Positions 1 to 9,511 of a stretch of 64,000 bases of DNA are shown here, piece after piece (position 1 is the first letter of the stretch; each line of letters opens with the position of its first letter). Source of the DNA: Candidatus Pelearchaeum maunauluense (GTDB taxonomy: Archaea > Thermoproteota > Nitrososphaeria_A > Caldarchaeales > Caldarchaeaceae); NCBI GenBank assembly GCA_030059675.1, contig JANVYQ010000005.1, positions 58,372 to 122,371 on the forward strand, given 5' to 3'. Below the pieces are notes generated by a model. It was not told the DNA's origin, did not search any database, and saw nothing but the letters and a program-made list of their open reading frames with translations. The translations under genes were made by a program, and so were the position numbers.

Positions 1-390
1 CCCTATGACGGGAGCGCCTGTCTTTAGGGCTAGGTCCATTATCTTACAGACCTTCTTCCCGAAGACCTCGCCTAGCGAGCCGCCCATCACCGTGAAGTCA
101 TGCGAGAAGACGAATACCGTTCTCCCATCTATCTTACCATATCCCGTAACTACTCCATCGCCGAGGTAGCGTCTCTCGGCCATGCCGAACTCAGTAGCCC
201 TATGGACTGCGAACTTGTCAATCTCAACGAAGCTACCAGGGTCTAGGAGTATGTCCAGCCTTTCGCGGGCTGTGAGCTTCCCCTTAGCGTGCTGCTCCTC
301 AATCTTCTTCACTCCTCCTCCAAGCTCCGCTTCGCGATTCATCTTGCGGAGACGTTCCAGCAGGTCTTCATGGAGCATGACGGCCAACAT
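1..390 (-). CDS. Acyl-CoA (propionyl/acetyl-CoA) carboxylase carboxyltransferase subunit, N-terminal part (runs off the window)
   Basis: Not in ORF track. Manual translation gives MLAVMLHEDLLERLRKMNREAELGGGVKKIEEQHAKGKLTARERLDILLDPGSFVEID...GDGVVTGYGKIDGRTVFVFSHDFTVMGGSLGE, a classic PccB/MmdA N-terminus. Divergent from birA. Start at 390 or 378. Confidence 0.93.
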   Translation of the reverse strand, partial: MLAVMLHEDLLERLRKMNREAELGGGVKKIEEQHAKGKLTARERLDILLDPGSFVEIDKFAVHRATEFGMAERRYLGDGVVTGYGKIDGRTVFVFSHDFTVMGGSLGEVFGKKVCKIMDLALKTGAPVIG

Positions 391-448
391 ACAGCAGTCA
401 TAGCAGCTTTTAATGCTTTAATGCGTGTAGCATGTTGTTTATGCTGGG

Positions 449-1195
449 TTGTCTGCGACCATAGGCTCTAGGGTTATGGTTCTTGATTCCGTTGATTCCA
501 CGATGGACGAGGCTCGGCGTATGGGGTTGAACGAAGAGGGCGCCGTGATAGTCGCGCGCAAGCAGTCAAATGCGCGCGGTCGTCTTGGAAGAACGTGGCA
601 CTCACCCGTTGGAGGGCTCTGGTTTACGATAGTAGTTATCCCGAAGCAGAGCGCCACGACGTCGCCTCTTCTCAGTCTAGCCGCATCGCTTGCCGTGGCG
701 CGTGGAATAACCGCAGCCACGGGTCTGCCAGCAGCTATCAGATGGCCCAACGACGTTTATATTCATGGTGGGAAGGTGGCTGGGGTACTCACAGAGCTAG
801 AAGTCGTGGGCGACGTGATAACACGCGCATTTGTGGGAGTGGGGGTTAATGCTAATTTTGAACTAGACGAGCTCCCAGAGGAGATACGCAGCAAGACCAC
901 CACAATACTCCGCGAGCTCGGCCGTGGAGTAAGCCTAGATGAGCTACTGGCAAAAATACTCAAGGAGTTCAACAGCATTTATGAAACATACAAAACAGGA
1001 TGGCATGACGAGATTCTCCGCGAGGTGAAGGAGAATATGGAGCTATTGGGCAGCCCTGTGGTGGTTACGCTCACTAATGGCACGTTGATAGGAGTGTTAG
1101 AGGATATAGACGAGTTGGGCAGGATAATACTTCGCTTAGACCAAGACAGGATACAACTATCCCCAGGGGATGTGGAGCGTATAGCTCCCGCGTAG
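449..1195 (+). CDS. birA: Biotin--[acetyl-CoA-carboxylase] ligase (no N-terminal HTH)
   Basis: VDSTMD, RGRLGRTWHSP, RWPNDV and KVAGVL motifs; adjacent to the carboxylase subunit. Confidence 0.93.
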   Translation: MSATIGSRVMVLDSVDSTMDEARRMGLNEEGAVIVARKQSNARGRLGRTWHSPVGGLWFTIVVIPKQSATTSPLLSLAASLAVARGITAATGLPAAIRWPNDVYIHGGKVAGVLTELEVVGDVITRAFVGVGVNANFELDELPEEIRSKTTTILRELGRGVSLDELLAKILKEFNSIYETYKTGWHDEILREVKENMELLGSPVVVTLTNGTLIGVLEDIDELGRIILRLDQDRIQLSPGDVERIAPA

Positions 1196-1248
1196 CACTG
1201 TCTTGAAAATTATATTAGCATCTGCTGGTGGTTTGTGGTGAGCTGGAT

Positions 1249-1965
1249 ATGGAGCGTCTGCCAGTGAATATACGCGCAAAGCCTGGTGATGTGGCTGAGG
1301 TGGCGATAACCGCTGGAGACCCAGCGCGCGTTGAGCAGCTTGCTTCAATGCTGCAGGACGTAAAGCTGGTGAATAAGAATCGCGGCTTACTGGTCTATAC
1401 TGGCAAGTATCGTGGTAAGGGTGTTACTGTCGCCATGCACGGGATAGGCGGCCCCTCCTCCGCGATAGTGTTTGAGGAGCTGCACATGCTTGGGGCTAAG
1501 ACAATAGTACGCTTGGGCTCATGCGGCGCTATGGTGAAGGAACTGGATATAGGTGATGTCGTTATAGCTACGGGCGCAGCATGTACGGGGGGTTCTCTCA
1601 AGATGTATATTCCAGACGGGATACTGCCAGCGGTTCCTGATATAGAGCTTACTCACAAGCTTATTGAGAAGTGCAGGTCTGAGAAGCTTAAGCATCTTGC
1701 GTGTGTTGTATTTAGCTCCGACGCCTTCTATGCTGAAGACCCCAAGTTTGTGGAGAAATGGACCAGTAGGGGTGTGAAGGCTGTTGAGATGGAGTGCGCT
1801 ACGTTGTTCTCCCTAGGTCTTCTAAGAGGCTTTAGGACAGCCTCTCTCTTGGTGGTGAGTGATAGCTTGGTTAAGCCTGAGCAGATGGAGATGGTTACTG
1901 CTGAGGTTTTGAAGCCCTACGTGGATAAGGCCGCGCGCGTCGTGCTTGACGTGCTTACTGAGTAG
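1249..1965 (+). CDS. Purine nucleoside phosphorylase, PNP/UDP (DeoD-like hexameric) family
   Basis: GDPARV, HGIGGPS, RLGSCGA, SSDAFY and VEMECA motifs; ATG 1249 follows a GGTGAG SD-like motif. Confidence 0.9.
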   Translation: MERLPVNIRAKPGDVAEVAITAGDPARVEQLASMLQDVKLVNKNRGLLVYTGKYRGKGVTVAMHGIGGPSSAIVFEELHMLGAKTIVRLGSCGAMVKELDIGDVVIATGAACTGGSLKMYIPDGILPAVPDIELTHKLIEKCRSEKLKHLACVVFSSDAFYAEDPKFVEKWTSRGVKAVEMECATLFSLGLLRGFRTASLLVVSDSLVKPEQMEMVTAEVLKPYVDKAARVVLDVLTE

Positions 1966-3632
1966 CCCTCTACACCATATACACGCTCAGCTATCTCGCG
2001 GCTTATCAAACCATACTGCAAGTCTCGTAGAACTCGCTCCCTACTCCTTCTACGCGGCTCGCCATACCCACCGCCGCCCGCGGTTCTTATGATTAGCCTA
2101 TCCCCTGGGCTTAGACGCGTCCTTGCCTTGGAGCTTAGGCGTATCACCTCGCCACTTCCCCGCTGGACAAGATATTCCGAGGGCTTCGCCCCAGTTCCTC
2201 CCCAAAGCCCCCAGGGAGCTATCCTACTCCTCTCACCAACTATCGTCACGTCTATCTCAGCGAGGGCTGTGAAGCTCCTCTCTATCCCGCAACCACCACG
2301 AAACTCCCCATGCCCCATGCTATCAGGCCTCAAAGAGTATGTGTTGAAGATTACTGGGTAGTAGAGCTCTATCACCTCTATAGGAGTGTTTAGGGTGTTT
2401 GTCATGTTTACGTGGATTCCATCTACTCCATCTTTTCCGAGTCTTCCGCCGTAGCCGCCTCCTATCGTCTCGTAGAACGCCCAGCGCTCACCAGTTCGCG
2501 GATGGACGCCGCCCATCATTAGGTTAGTCATAGAGCCATGCGCCGCCGCAGGTATCCTGTCTGGCACCGCATGAGAGAGCGCGCGGTATATCGCATCAAC
2601 AATCCTCTGCGAGGTCTCCACATTACCAGCAGACACCGCAGCAGGCCAGCATGCATTAAGCATACATCCCTCAGGAGCATAAACCCTCACAGTCCTGTAG
2701 AAGCCGTCATTAACCTCAACATGATGCGACAATATGCTCCTAACAGCAAACATGGACGCAGCAACCGTTACGCCATAAACGGTATTTACTGGGCCTTTTA
2801 CCTGCTTCTCGGTGCCGCTGAAGTCCATCTCTATCCGCTTCGGCGATATGCTCACTTTCACGGCTATCCGCGCTGGTCTCTCTTCTCGCGCGCTTATTGT
2901 CTCTAGGTAGTCCTCTCCTACGTATTCTCCTTCTGGCATGCGTTCATACTCCAGCCTCACCGCCTTCTCGGTCTGGTCTAGTATCTCGCTACATGCTTCA
3001 AGGAAGGTCTTTGCGCCGTACCTGTTTATTATCTCAGCTATGTTTCTAGCTCCCAGCGTGTTGGCCGCAAGCTGGGCGTGTAGGTCGCCAAGCGTTATGC
3101 TTGGCATCCTGACGTTCCGCGTAATCATCTCAAGCACTTCCCTGCTTGTTTTTCCGCGCCTGACGAGCTTCGTCGGAGGTATTACTATCCCCTCCTGATG
3201 AATCTCGTCGGCATCAGCGCTTATGCTCGCTGGAGAAGCTCCACCCACATCGGAGTGATGCGCCTTATTCGCTGCATACGCCACCAGCTCACCGCGATGA
3301 AAGACAGGCTGGATGAGCGTAATGTCGTTAAGATGAGTCCCAGAGATGTACGGGTCGTTTACTATGACTACATCACCTTCCTCAAGCTCCACCTCCTCCC
3401 TCTCTAGGTATTGTAGTGTGTTCCTGAGACCTACTGGAAGTGAGCCGAGGTGTACTGGTATGTGCTCCGCCTGTCCGATGGTTCTTCCATAGGAGTCTAG
3501 CACGGCGCAGCTATGGTCAGCGCGCTCCCGTATGTTGGGCGAATATGCTGAGCGGCGTAAAGCTACGCCCATCTCCTCAGCAGTGTAGATGAGACTACGC
3601 TTTATCAGCTCAACAGTAGCCTTGTCTGGCAC
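1917..3632 (-). CDS. Hydantoinase B / 5-oxoprolinase subunit B
   Basis: SPNIRERADHSCA, HIPVHLGS, NDPYISGTHLND, HHSDVGG and GGGGYG motifs. Confidence 0.93.
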   Translation of the reverse strand: MPDKATVELIKRSLIYTAEEMGVALRRSAYSPNIRERADHSCAVLDSYGRTIGQAEHIPVHLGSLPVGLRNTLQYLEREEVELEEGDVVIVNDPYISGTHLNDITLIQPVFHRGELVAYAANKAHHSDVGGASPASISADADEIHQEGIVIPPTKLVRRGKTSREVLEMITRNVRMPSITLGDLHAQLAANTLGARNIAEIINRYGAKTFLEACSEILDQTEKAVRLEYERMPEGEYVGEDYLETISAREERPARIAVKVSISPKRIEMDFSGTEKQVKGPVNTVYGVTVAASMFAVRSILSHHVEVNDGFYRTVRVYAPEGCMLNACWPAAVSAGNVETSQRIVDAIYRALSHAVPDRIPAAAHGSMTNLMMGGVHPRTGERWAFYETIGGGYGGRLGKDGVDGIHVNMTNTLNTPIEVIELYYPVIFNTYSLRPDSMGHGEFRGGCGIERSFTALAEIDVTIVGERSRIAPWGLWGGTGAKPSEYLVQRGSGEVIRLSSKARTRLSPGDRLIIRTAGGGGYGEPRRRSRERVLRDLQYGLISREIAERVYGVEGYSVSTSSTTRAALST

Positions 3633-3679
3633 TGCCTATCCAACCGTCCTTACAAAGCCCAGCTCTTATATTCATTCCT

Positions 3680-4222
3680 CTACAAATGCTCAGGTAGTGA
3701 GAAGAAGGCTACTGCCTGTAATATAGCTGCTACGACTATTATTATGAAGCCCACCACGATTATCATAAGTGCTACTCCTATGAGGTATATGAGAGCGGCT
3801 CTGCTGAACATGCTTATGTTTAGAGCCTTGGCTATAGCATCGTAGCTCTTACGCAGGTATATCGCCGAGAAGAGCAGCAAAGCCCACGCTACAGCTATTA
3901 CTATCAGAGTAGCAAGAGCTAGCTGCATCATCCCCATAGCCGGCGTTGACATTAATGAGCCCCTCATGGTAGCTAATGTGAAGAAACTACCAACGGCGAA
4001 TACCGCTATTGATAACGAGCCAACCACTACGAGGATTACTGCTATGAGCATGTTCCTGAATATTGTTTCATCATTCACGGCATCAGCTATATCCTTCACC
4101 GCCACGAGTACTAGAATCAATCCTATGAGCATTAGGAGCGGCCCTACTATAGGGGCTATGGAGAGAACCATGAGTATAGAGCCTACGCCTCCTAGGGCTT
4201 TGGCTTGGCTTAACGAGCTCAC
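3680..4222 (-). CDS. DUF996-family membrane protein
   Basis: AKALGGVGSIL N-terminus, several TM helices, AFFSLP C-terminus typical of DUF996. Confidence 0.75.
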   Translation of the reverse strand: MSSLSQAKALGGVGSILMVLSIAPIVGPLLMLIGLILVLVAVKDIADAVNDETIFRNMLIAVILVVVGSLSIAVFAVGSFFTLATMRGSLMSTPAMGMMQLALATLIVIAVAWALLLFSAIYLRKSYDAIAKALNISMFSRAALIYLIGVALMIIVVGFIIIVVAAILQAVAFFSLPEHL

Positions 4223-4265
4223 AGCTACGGAGTATGTAGAGTCATATATAAAATGTGGGTTAGAT

Positions 4266-4767
4266 TTAGATGGCGCTCTTCAGCGTGTCAACGAGCTTGG
4301 CGAGCTCTTCAGAGACTCTCTTGACGGTCTCCGAGAGTCTGCTACTTCTCTGCTTCTCTTCTTCCAGCTGCTTTTTTTAGCCGATTCACTTCTTCCTCCA
4401 GCGCTGCTGTGTCAAGGGACTTCGTAGGTGCTGGAAACACGTCTGGGAGCGTTATATTCACGCCCTCCCTAGCAAACTTCTCATACGTCTCCCTAACTAT
4501 CTGCCCAGCCTTTGTCTTACCCTGCAAGTGGTTTCTAATTGTTGCCTCACTCCTCCCTATCTCATCTGCTATCTGGCTCACGGATAGCTTGGCCTTCTCC
4601 CTAGCCAGCGCAGCAGCGACAGCAAGACTATCAACCCAGGTCAATCGTTCCTCTGGATTACGCAGCTCCTCTATAACATCTGGCCTGAGTATGCTGCCTA
4701 TAAGCAGGGCAGACTCAAGCTTATGTATCTGCTCTCTACCAACGGGTGAGAGAGGTACTTCGCTCAC
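4266..4767 (-). CDS. KaiC-associated HTH transcriptional regulator (near-KaiC/COG1318-like), with an apparent +1 frameshift in an A7 run at 4372-4378
   Basis: [20 protein letters not shown]...[23 protein letters not shown]. As sequenced the frame stops at 4342; removing one A gives the coiled-coil tail [37 protein letters not shown] ending at 4266. Confidence 0.8.
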
Positions 4768-5519
4768 GGCTCTTCACCCGCCACAACTCTAACAGTCTCA
4801 CCCGCCTTAATAACTATGCCCTTATCAGTAATCTCAAACGGATGTCTATGCATGGAATGTGATGTTCCACGCATTTTCCATACGATTATGCTCCGCGTCA
4901 GCTCGCCTTTAACCTCGTCTAGGTCAAGCCTAACTATGCCGTCAGCTGCGTGTTCCACGCCTGGGCCTCCGAAGCCGCGCTCGGTGACGCTCACTTGGGA
5001 GATTAGGAGCGATGTGCAGCCCATGCCTGAGAGTATCTTCTTAAGCTGGAGAACCATGCTGCGCGCGAGGGCTGGCTTCGTGATGTATAGAGTTGTAACC
5101 GAATCAACCACGGCGCGAACCGCCTTCACGCCGTGTATAGCTTCGCGAAGCACATCTATCAGGAGCTGGAAATCGTCTGGTGAGCGTACAACGTAGCGCT
5201 CGCGGCGTGCTGCCTCTCCTATGCCTGCTGTGAAAGCATCAACAATAGCAAGCTTGCCCTCATTCTCAAAACGTGTAGTGTCCCAGCCGAATTGAGCCAT
5301 GGACATCCTAACTTGGACTGGATGCTCTTCAAGCACTACAAGAACTCCAGACTCCCCCTTAAGGAGACCATTATAGAGATATTGCTGGCCGAAGATTGAC
5401 TTTCCAGTCCCAGGGCCTCCTGAGAGTAGAACCACATTCCTCTTGGGAATCCCTCCCCGTAAAATCTCGTCAAAGCCTGGGATTCCCGTAGATATTCTAT
5501 TCAGAGTCATGTAAAACAT
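4764..5519 (-). CDS. Single-domain KaiC-like RecA-superfamily ATPase (PH0284-type)
   Basis: Walker A GGPGTGKS, catalytic EE (LEEHP), [20 protein letters not shown] and KMRGTSH. Confidence 0.92.
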   Translation of the reverse strand: MFYMTLNRISTGIPGFDEILRGGIPKRNVVLLSGGPGTGKSIFGQQYLYNGLLKGESGVLVVLEEHPVQVRMSMAQFGWDTTRFENEGKLAIVDAFTAGIGEAARRERYVVRSPDDFQLLIDVLREAIHGVKAVRAVVDSVTTLYITKPALARSMVLQLKKILSGMGCTSLLISQVSVTERGFGGPGVEHAADGIVRLDLDEVKGELTRSIIVWKMRGTSHSMHRHPFEITDKGIVIKAGETVRVVAGEEP

Positions 5520-5571
5520 AATGTAGCATTAGGTCTTAAACATTTTACTCCACTCTCCTCACAATAAGCGT

Positions 5572-7656
5572 TTAGTTCCCTCTGGCTATGTGTATGTTTA
5601 GATATTTGTCAATCTCGGCTCTCCATCCAATAGGTATTATGGTGGTTGAGTCATATTGTTCTATGATTGCTGGCCCTTCTATCACGTTACCGCACTGGAG
5701 GCGGGAGCGGTCGTAGACTGGCGTCTCAAGCCAGCTATCTCCAAAGAAGGCTTGGCGCCTCTCTTTTAGCGCTTGGCTTTGGGGTTTCGCGCTGGCGGGA
5801 GGATGTTCTACCAGCTTGGGCTTGCTTGTCTGAACATACGCGACCACTCGTATTGCGGTGGTCTCCACAGGCTCCTCAGGCCTTGAGTAGCCGTACATAG
5901 CTTCATGTTTCTCGTGGAAGGCTGTTGTTAGTTTTCTTAGACCTGCGCGGGTTATCTCGCTGGGCGCTGGGACTAGAAGCTCATATCCTTGGCCGAGGTA
6001 GCGCATGTCAACGACTCGCGAGAGGATTATCGCTTCGCGTTTGAAGCCCTTCTCTCCAAGCTGCTGTAGCACCATGCTCTCCAGCTCTCTGAAGGCGTTC
6101 TCAAGCTCGGCGTGGCTATCCCCGTCCAAGACGGTTAAGTGAGAAGATACATAGTCGTATCGGAAGTCGGTGAAGACCAGCCCATAGGCGGAGAAGAGGC
6201 CAGGCGATGATGGGATTACTATATGCGGTATGTTTAGCTCCTCTGCCAGCTCTGCTACGTGCATAGGCCCAGCGCCGCCGAATGCTATCATGGCGAAGCG
6301 TGAGGGGTCTAGGCCGCGCTCAACGCTCACCAGCCTTACTGCACGCGCCATGTGTAGGTTGAGGATCCTTAGCGAAGCCGCTGCAAGCTCGGCAATATCC
6401 ATCCCAAGGCCGTCAGCGACCCTAGCTAGGGCGCGTTCAGCCAGGTCTCTCCGTAGCATAAGGCCGCCGTCCAACAGCTTCTCGCCAAGCCTCCCTACGA
6501 TTAGGTTAGCATCAGTTATCGTCGGTTCTTTGCCGCCAGCACCATAGCAGGCTGGGCCTGGTGAGGCTCCAGCGCTTATCGGCCCGACCTCAAGCCCGCC
6601 TGCCTGTGTCATCCATATTATAGTTCCTCCCCCAGCGCTCACTTCAGCCAGGTCTATCGCTGGTGTTCTAACTGGGTAGCCGCTGCCCTTGATTAGCCTA
6701 CCAGCGTGGGCTTTTCCGCCCAGCTCTATCTCAGTTAAGACCTGTGGCTCGTGGCCTACTACTGCGCTGGCCTTAGCTGTTGTTCCACCCATGTCAAAGC
6801 TTAGAACCTGGCCAAGGCCGAGAACCCTTGAGAGAACAGCAGCACCAACCACACCAGCAGCAGGCCCAGACTCCACGGCCGCGACAGGTCGTTTAACAGC
6901 CTCATTAACGTCTAGCAGCCCGCCAGAGGAGGAGACGACATAAATAGGAGCAGAAACGCCTAGACGACGTAGCTCCTGTTGCAGCTTCTCCATATACTTG
7001 GAGACTACTGGCATGAGTATCGCATTGACTACAGTGGTGCTGCAACGCTCATACTCGCGATGCTCTCTATCCACCTCATACGAGGCGCATACATACACAC
7101 CCAACTCTCTACTAACAGCCTCACGAGCTAACCGTTCATGCTCTGGGTTTCTATAGGAATTCAGGAAGCATATAGCGACTGTCTCCACAGCATATCGCCC
7201 AGCTTCCCATATAGCGTTGTTTAGCGAGTTTGGGTTAATAGGCTTAACGATATTGCCGAAGGCATCTATGCGCTCCGCAACCTCTAGGCGTAGGTTCCTA
7301 GGTATTAGGGGGTCTGGCCGCTCAAAGAAGACGTTGTATAGTTCTGGCCTGTTTTGGCGGCCAATTTCAAGAACGTCGCGCATTCCCTCCGTGGTTATAA
7401 GTGCTGCGCGGGGGAGGCTCAGCTTGAGCTGGCCTCTAAAGAGGTTGGCTCCCACAGTCCCCACGTGGAGAAAGACCGAAATCTCCCTGGCTTCTACACC
7501 CTTAGACAGAAGAGCCTCCAAAGCCCGAATAACACCAACTTCAGGCTGTTCAGGAGTTGATGAAACCTTTAGAACAATGAACTCGCGGCTACGCTCATCA
7601 TACGCCACCAAGTCGGTGAAGGTTCCGCCCACATCAACAGCAACTCTAATGGACAT
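5572..7656 (-). CDS. Hydantoinase A / 5-oxoprolinase subunit A
   Basis: DVGGTFTD, ESGPAAG, DMGGTT, GPACYG, TITDANL and FGGAGPMH motifs. Confidence 0.94.
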   Translation of the reverse strand: MSIRVAVDVGGTFTDLVAYDERSREFIVLKVSSTPEQPEVGVIRALEALLSKGVEAREISVFLHVGTVGANLFRGQLKLSLPRAALITTEGMRDVLEIGRQNRPELYNVFFERPDPLIPRNLRLEVAERIDAFGNIVKPINPNSLNNAIWEAGRYAVETVAICFLNSYRNPEHERLAREAVSRELGVYVCASYEVDREHREYERCSTTVVNAILMPVVSKYMEKLQQELRRLGVSAPIYVVSSSGGLLDVNEAVKRPVAAVESGPAAGVVGAAVLSRVLGLGQVLSFDMGGTTAKASAVVGHEPQVLTEIELGGKAHAGRLIKGSGYPVRTPAIDLAEVSAGGGTIIWMTQAGGLEVGPISAGASPGPACYGAGGKEPTITDANLIVGRLGEKLLDGGLMLRRDLAERALARVADGLGMDIAELAAASLRILNLHMARAVRLVSVERGLDPSRFAMIAFGGAGPMHVAELAEELNIPHIVIPSSPGLFSAYGLVFTDFRYDYVSSHLTVLDGDSHAELENAFRELESMVLQQLGEKGFKREAIILSRVVDMRYLGQGYELLVPAPSEITRAGLRKLTTAFHEKHEAMYGYSRPEEPVETTAIRVVAYVQTSKPKLVEHPPASAKPQSQALKERRQAFFGDSWLETPVYDRSRLQCGNVIEGPAIIEQYDSTTIIPIGWRAEIDKYLNIHIARGN

Positions 7657-7761
7657 GAACTAGAGAAGAACTAGAATAAACCCAACTCATAGATGTTTAT
7701 TCTCTTTGAATATTAAGCACTTAATAACCGCAGGCAGGGATAGGGCTCTGGAAGTCGGGGG

Positions 7762-8622
7762 TTGCGTAGCCAGCTTGCCGTTTCATCACTCATAGTCTTC
7801 GGCGTAATACTCGTAGCATTCAGCCTCTTCAGATTCCCATACACCGTAATAGAGAACGAGACAGTCATAATACAGGCCTCAACAACCACCACAATACTAC
7901 AGCCATACACCTACGCGACAACACTAGAGCTAATAGAGCAGCGGCCAGCCACCACAACAATAACAACGACAATAACAGCCAAGAATCTGATAACAACTAC
8001 AACAATAGCTACAATATCTTCAGCGCTCTTCTCAAGCTCCGAGGCTGTAGCAAGCTCTACAACACCGCTCATAATAGGGCCATTTATGATAGATGCTGGC
8101 CGCGAGCTGCATGTGAGGTGGCGAGCAGAGGCGCTGGTCTCGCTTTACCTGCTCAACTACTCGCAGCTCCCTATTGAGGGGAAGCCAGAGAGCTGGCTAG
8201 CAGCAGCCACAGGAGGCGGTGGAGAGATAACACTACAAACAACACAAGAATCCCCAATCTACCTCCTCATATACGGAAGCAACACAATAACAAGAATCAA
8301 CGAGCTAAGAATCCACCTAACATGGATAGAAAACACCACCACAACACAGATAAAAACAGAGCAAAAACCAACAACAATAACAAAAACAACAACACAGACA
8401 ACTACACTATACATGGAAAAGCAGGTAACAACCACATTAACAGAGACCTCTAAGAAATTCTATACAACAACCACAGCGATAACGGTTACGGAGACCCGCT
8501 ACTCAAGCCTAAACTTCGCAATAGTAATGGGCTCATTCCTGATATTCGCGGGCATAATGTTTATGCTGATATTGAGCCGACGTGTGGTGCAGGCTGAGAT
8601 GTCTGAGAACCAAAAACAATAA
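7762..8622 (+). CDS. Thr-rich membrane-anchored surface protein (hydrophobic segments at both termini)
   Basis: N-terminal TM/signal, two poly-Thr regions flanking a beta-rich domain of about 100 aa, C-terminal TM followed by RR. Confidence 0.75.
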   Translation: MRSQLAVSSLIVFGVILVAFSLFRFPYTVIENETVIIQASTTTTILQPYTYATTLELIEQRPATTTITTTITAKNLITTTTIATISSALFSSSEAVASSTTPLIIGPFMIDAGRELHVRWRAEALVSLYLLNYSQLPIEGKPESWLAAATGGGGEITLQTTQESPIYLLIYGSNTITRINELRIHLTWIENTTTTQIKTEQKPTTITKTTTQTTTLYMEKQVTTTLTETSKKFYTTTTAITVTETRYSSLNFAIVMGSFLIFAGIMFMLILSRRVVQAEMSENQKQ

Positions 8623-8779
8623 GTAAACGCTCAAAGTAACACGAAACTACCAGATAACAATACCGCAGAATTTAGACGGTTAGCTGCTATCAAGTGCGGA
8701 GTAGGTATCATGCCGCCATAGTCTTAGCTTTGAGTGATTTTTATTAACTGGTTGATGTGTCTATTTTTGTTGGTGGGGC

Positions 8780-9214
8780 TTGGTGGAGCAGACGCAGCAG
8801 AGGCGCATAAGGATTCTCGTCGCCAAGCCTGGGCTTGACGGCCACGATAGAGGGGCTCTTGTCTTAGTGAGGGCATTCAGAGACGCGGGAATGGAAGTTA
8901 TATACACAGGTCTCTTCGCGACTCCTGAGCAGATAGCCCAAACAGCCGTTGACGAAGATGTGGATGTAGTAGCGCTCAGCCACCTAAACGCAGCTCATAT
9001 GACGCTCTTCCCAAAGGTGGTGGAGGAGCTGAAGAAACGCGGAGGCGAGAACATAGTAGTGGTGGGGGGAGGGATAATACCGCCCGAAGACGCGGAGATA
9101 CTAGAGAAGAAATACGGCATAACAGGAAACTTTGGCCCAGGAACACCGCTCAAAACAATCATAGACCACATAGTAGAGCGCGTAAAGCGCGAAAGATGGG
9201 GAATAAAGGAATAA
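8780..9214 (+). CDS. Methylmalonyl-CoA mutase-type cobalamin-binding subunit (stand-alone B12 domain)
   Basis: AKPGLDGHDRGA (DxHxxG), VVALS and VVGGGIIP motifs. Confidence 0.92.
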   Translation: MVEQTQQRRIRILVAKPGLDGHDRGALVLVRAFRDAGMEVIYTGLFATPEQIAQTAVDEDVDVVALSHLNAAHMTLFPKVVEELKKRGGENIVVVGGGIIPPEDAEILEKKYGITGNFGPGTPLKTIIDHIVERVKRERWGIKE

Positions 9215-9338
9215 TACTCACCATACCATCCCTCTCAGTCAAGCGTTACCTCATTACGACATGCTAGGTTTATGATACGAAAGTAGCAAAATCCCCAGAA
9301 ACCTAAACAACAATACCCGAGAAGATAAATAACGATAG

Positions 9339-9478
9339 CGCCGGGGGGCGGATTCGAACCGCCGACCAACGGGTCGCTGTAGAGGGCCTTCCGCAGGGTG
9401 GTGAGTTAGTGTTATATGCTGTGTTTGGCTGGGGTCTCCTTAACAGCCCGCTGCTCTACCGAGCTGAGCTACCCCGGC
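9339..9478 (-). tRNA. tRNA-Asn(GTT) with a 66-nt intron at canonical position 37/38 (intron 9375-9440)
   Basis: Reverse complement reads GCCGGGG TA GCTC AGCTCGGTA GAGC A GCGGG CT GTT A|intron|A CCCGT TGGTC GGCGG TTCGAAT CCGCC CCCCGGC G. BHB: CUGU/ACAG helix with UAA and CGA bulges. CCA not encoded. Confidence 0.93.
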
Positions 9479-9511
9479 TTGGCGTTATTTTTCCTGTCTG
9501 ATTAATTAACC

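Noticed and set aside
7711-7726. Palindrome TATTAAG-CA-CTTAATA
   Set aside because: Adequately explained as back-to-back TATA boxes of a divergent promoter.
9232-9290. Possible C/D-box sRNA downstream of tRNA-Asn (CTGA on the minus strand)
   Set aside because: No recognisable C box (RUGAUGA) or internal D'/C' pair.
9387-9397. CCTGCGGAAGG in the tRNA-Asn intron resembles the SSU rRNA 3' terminal region
   Set aside because: Only 11 nt, same sense rather than antisense, and no C/D or H/ACA boxes; likely chance.
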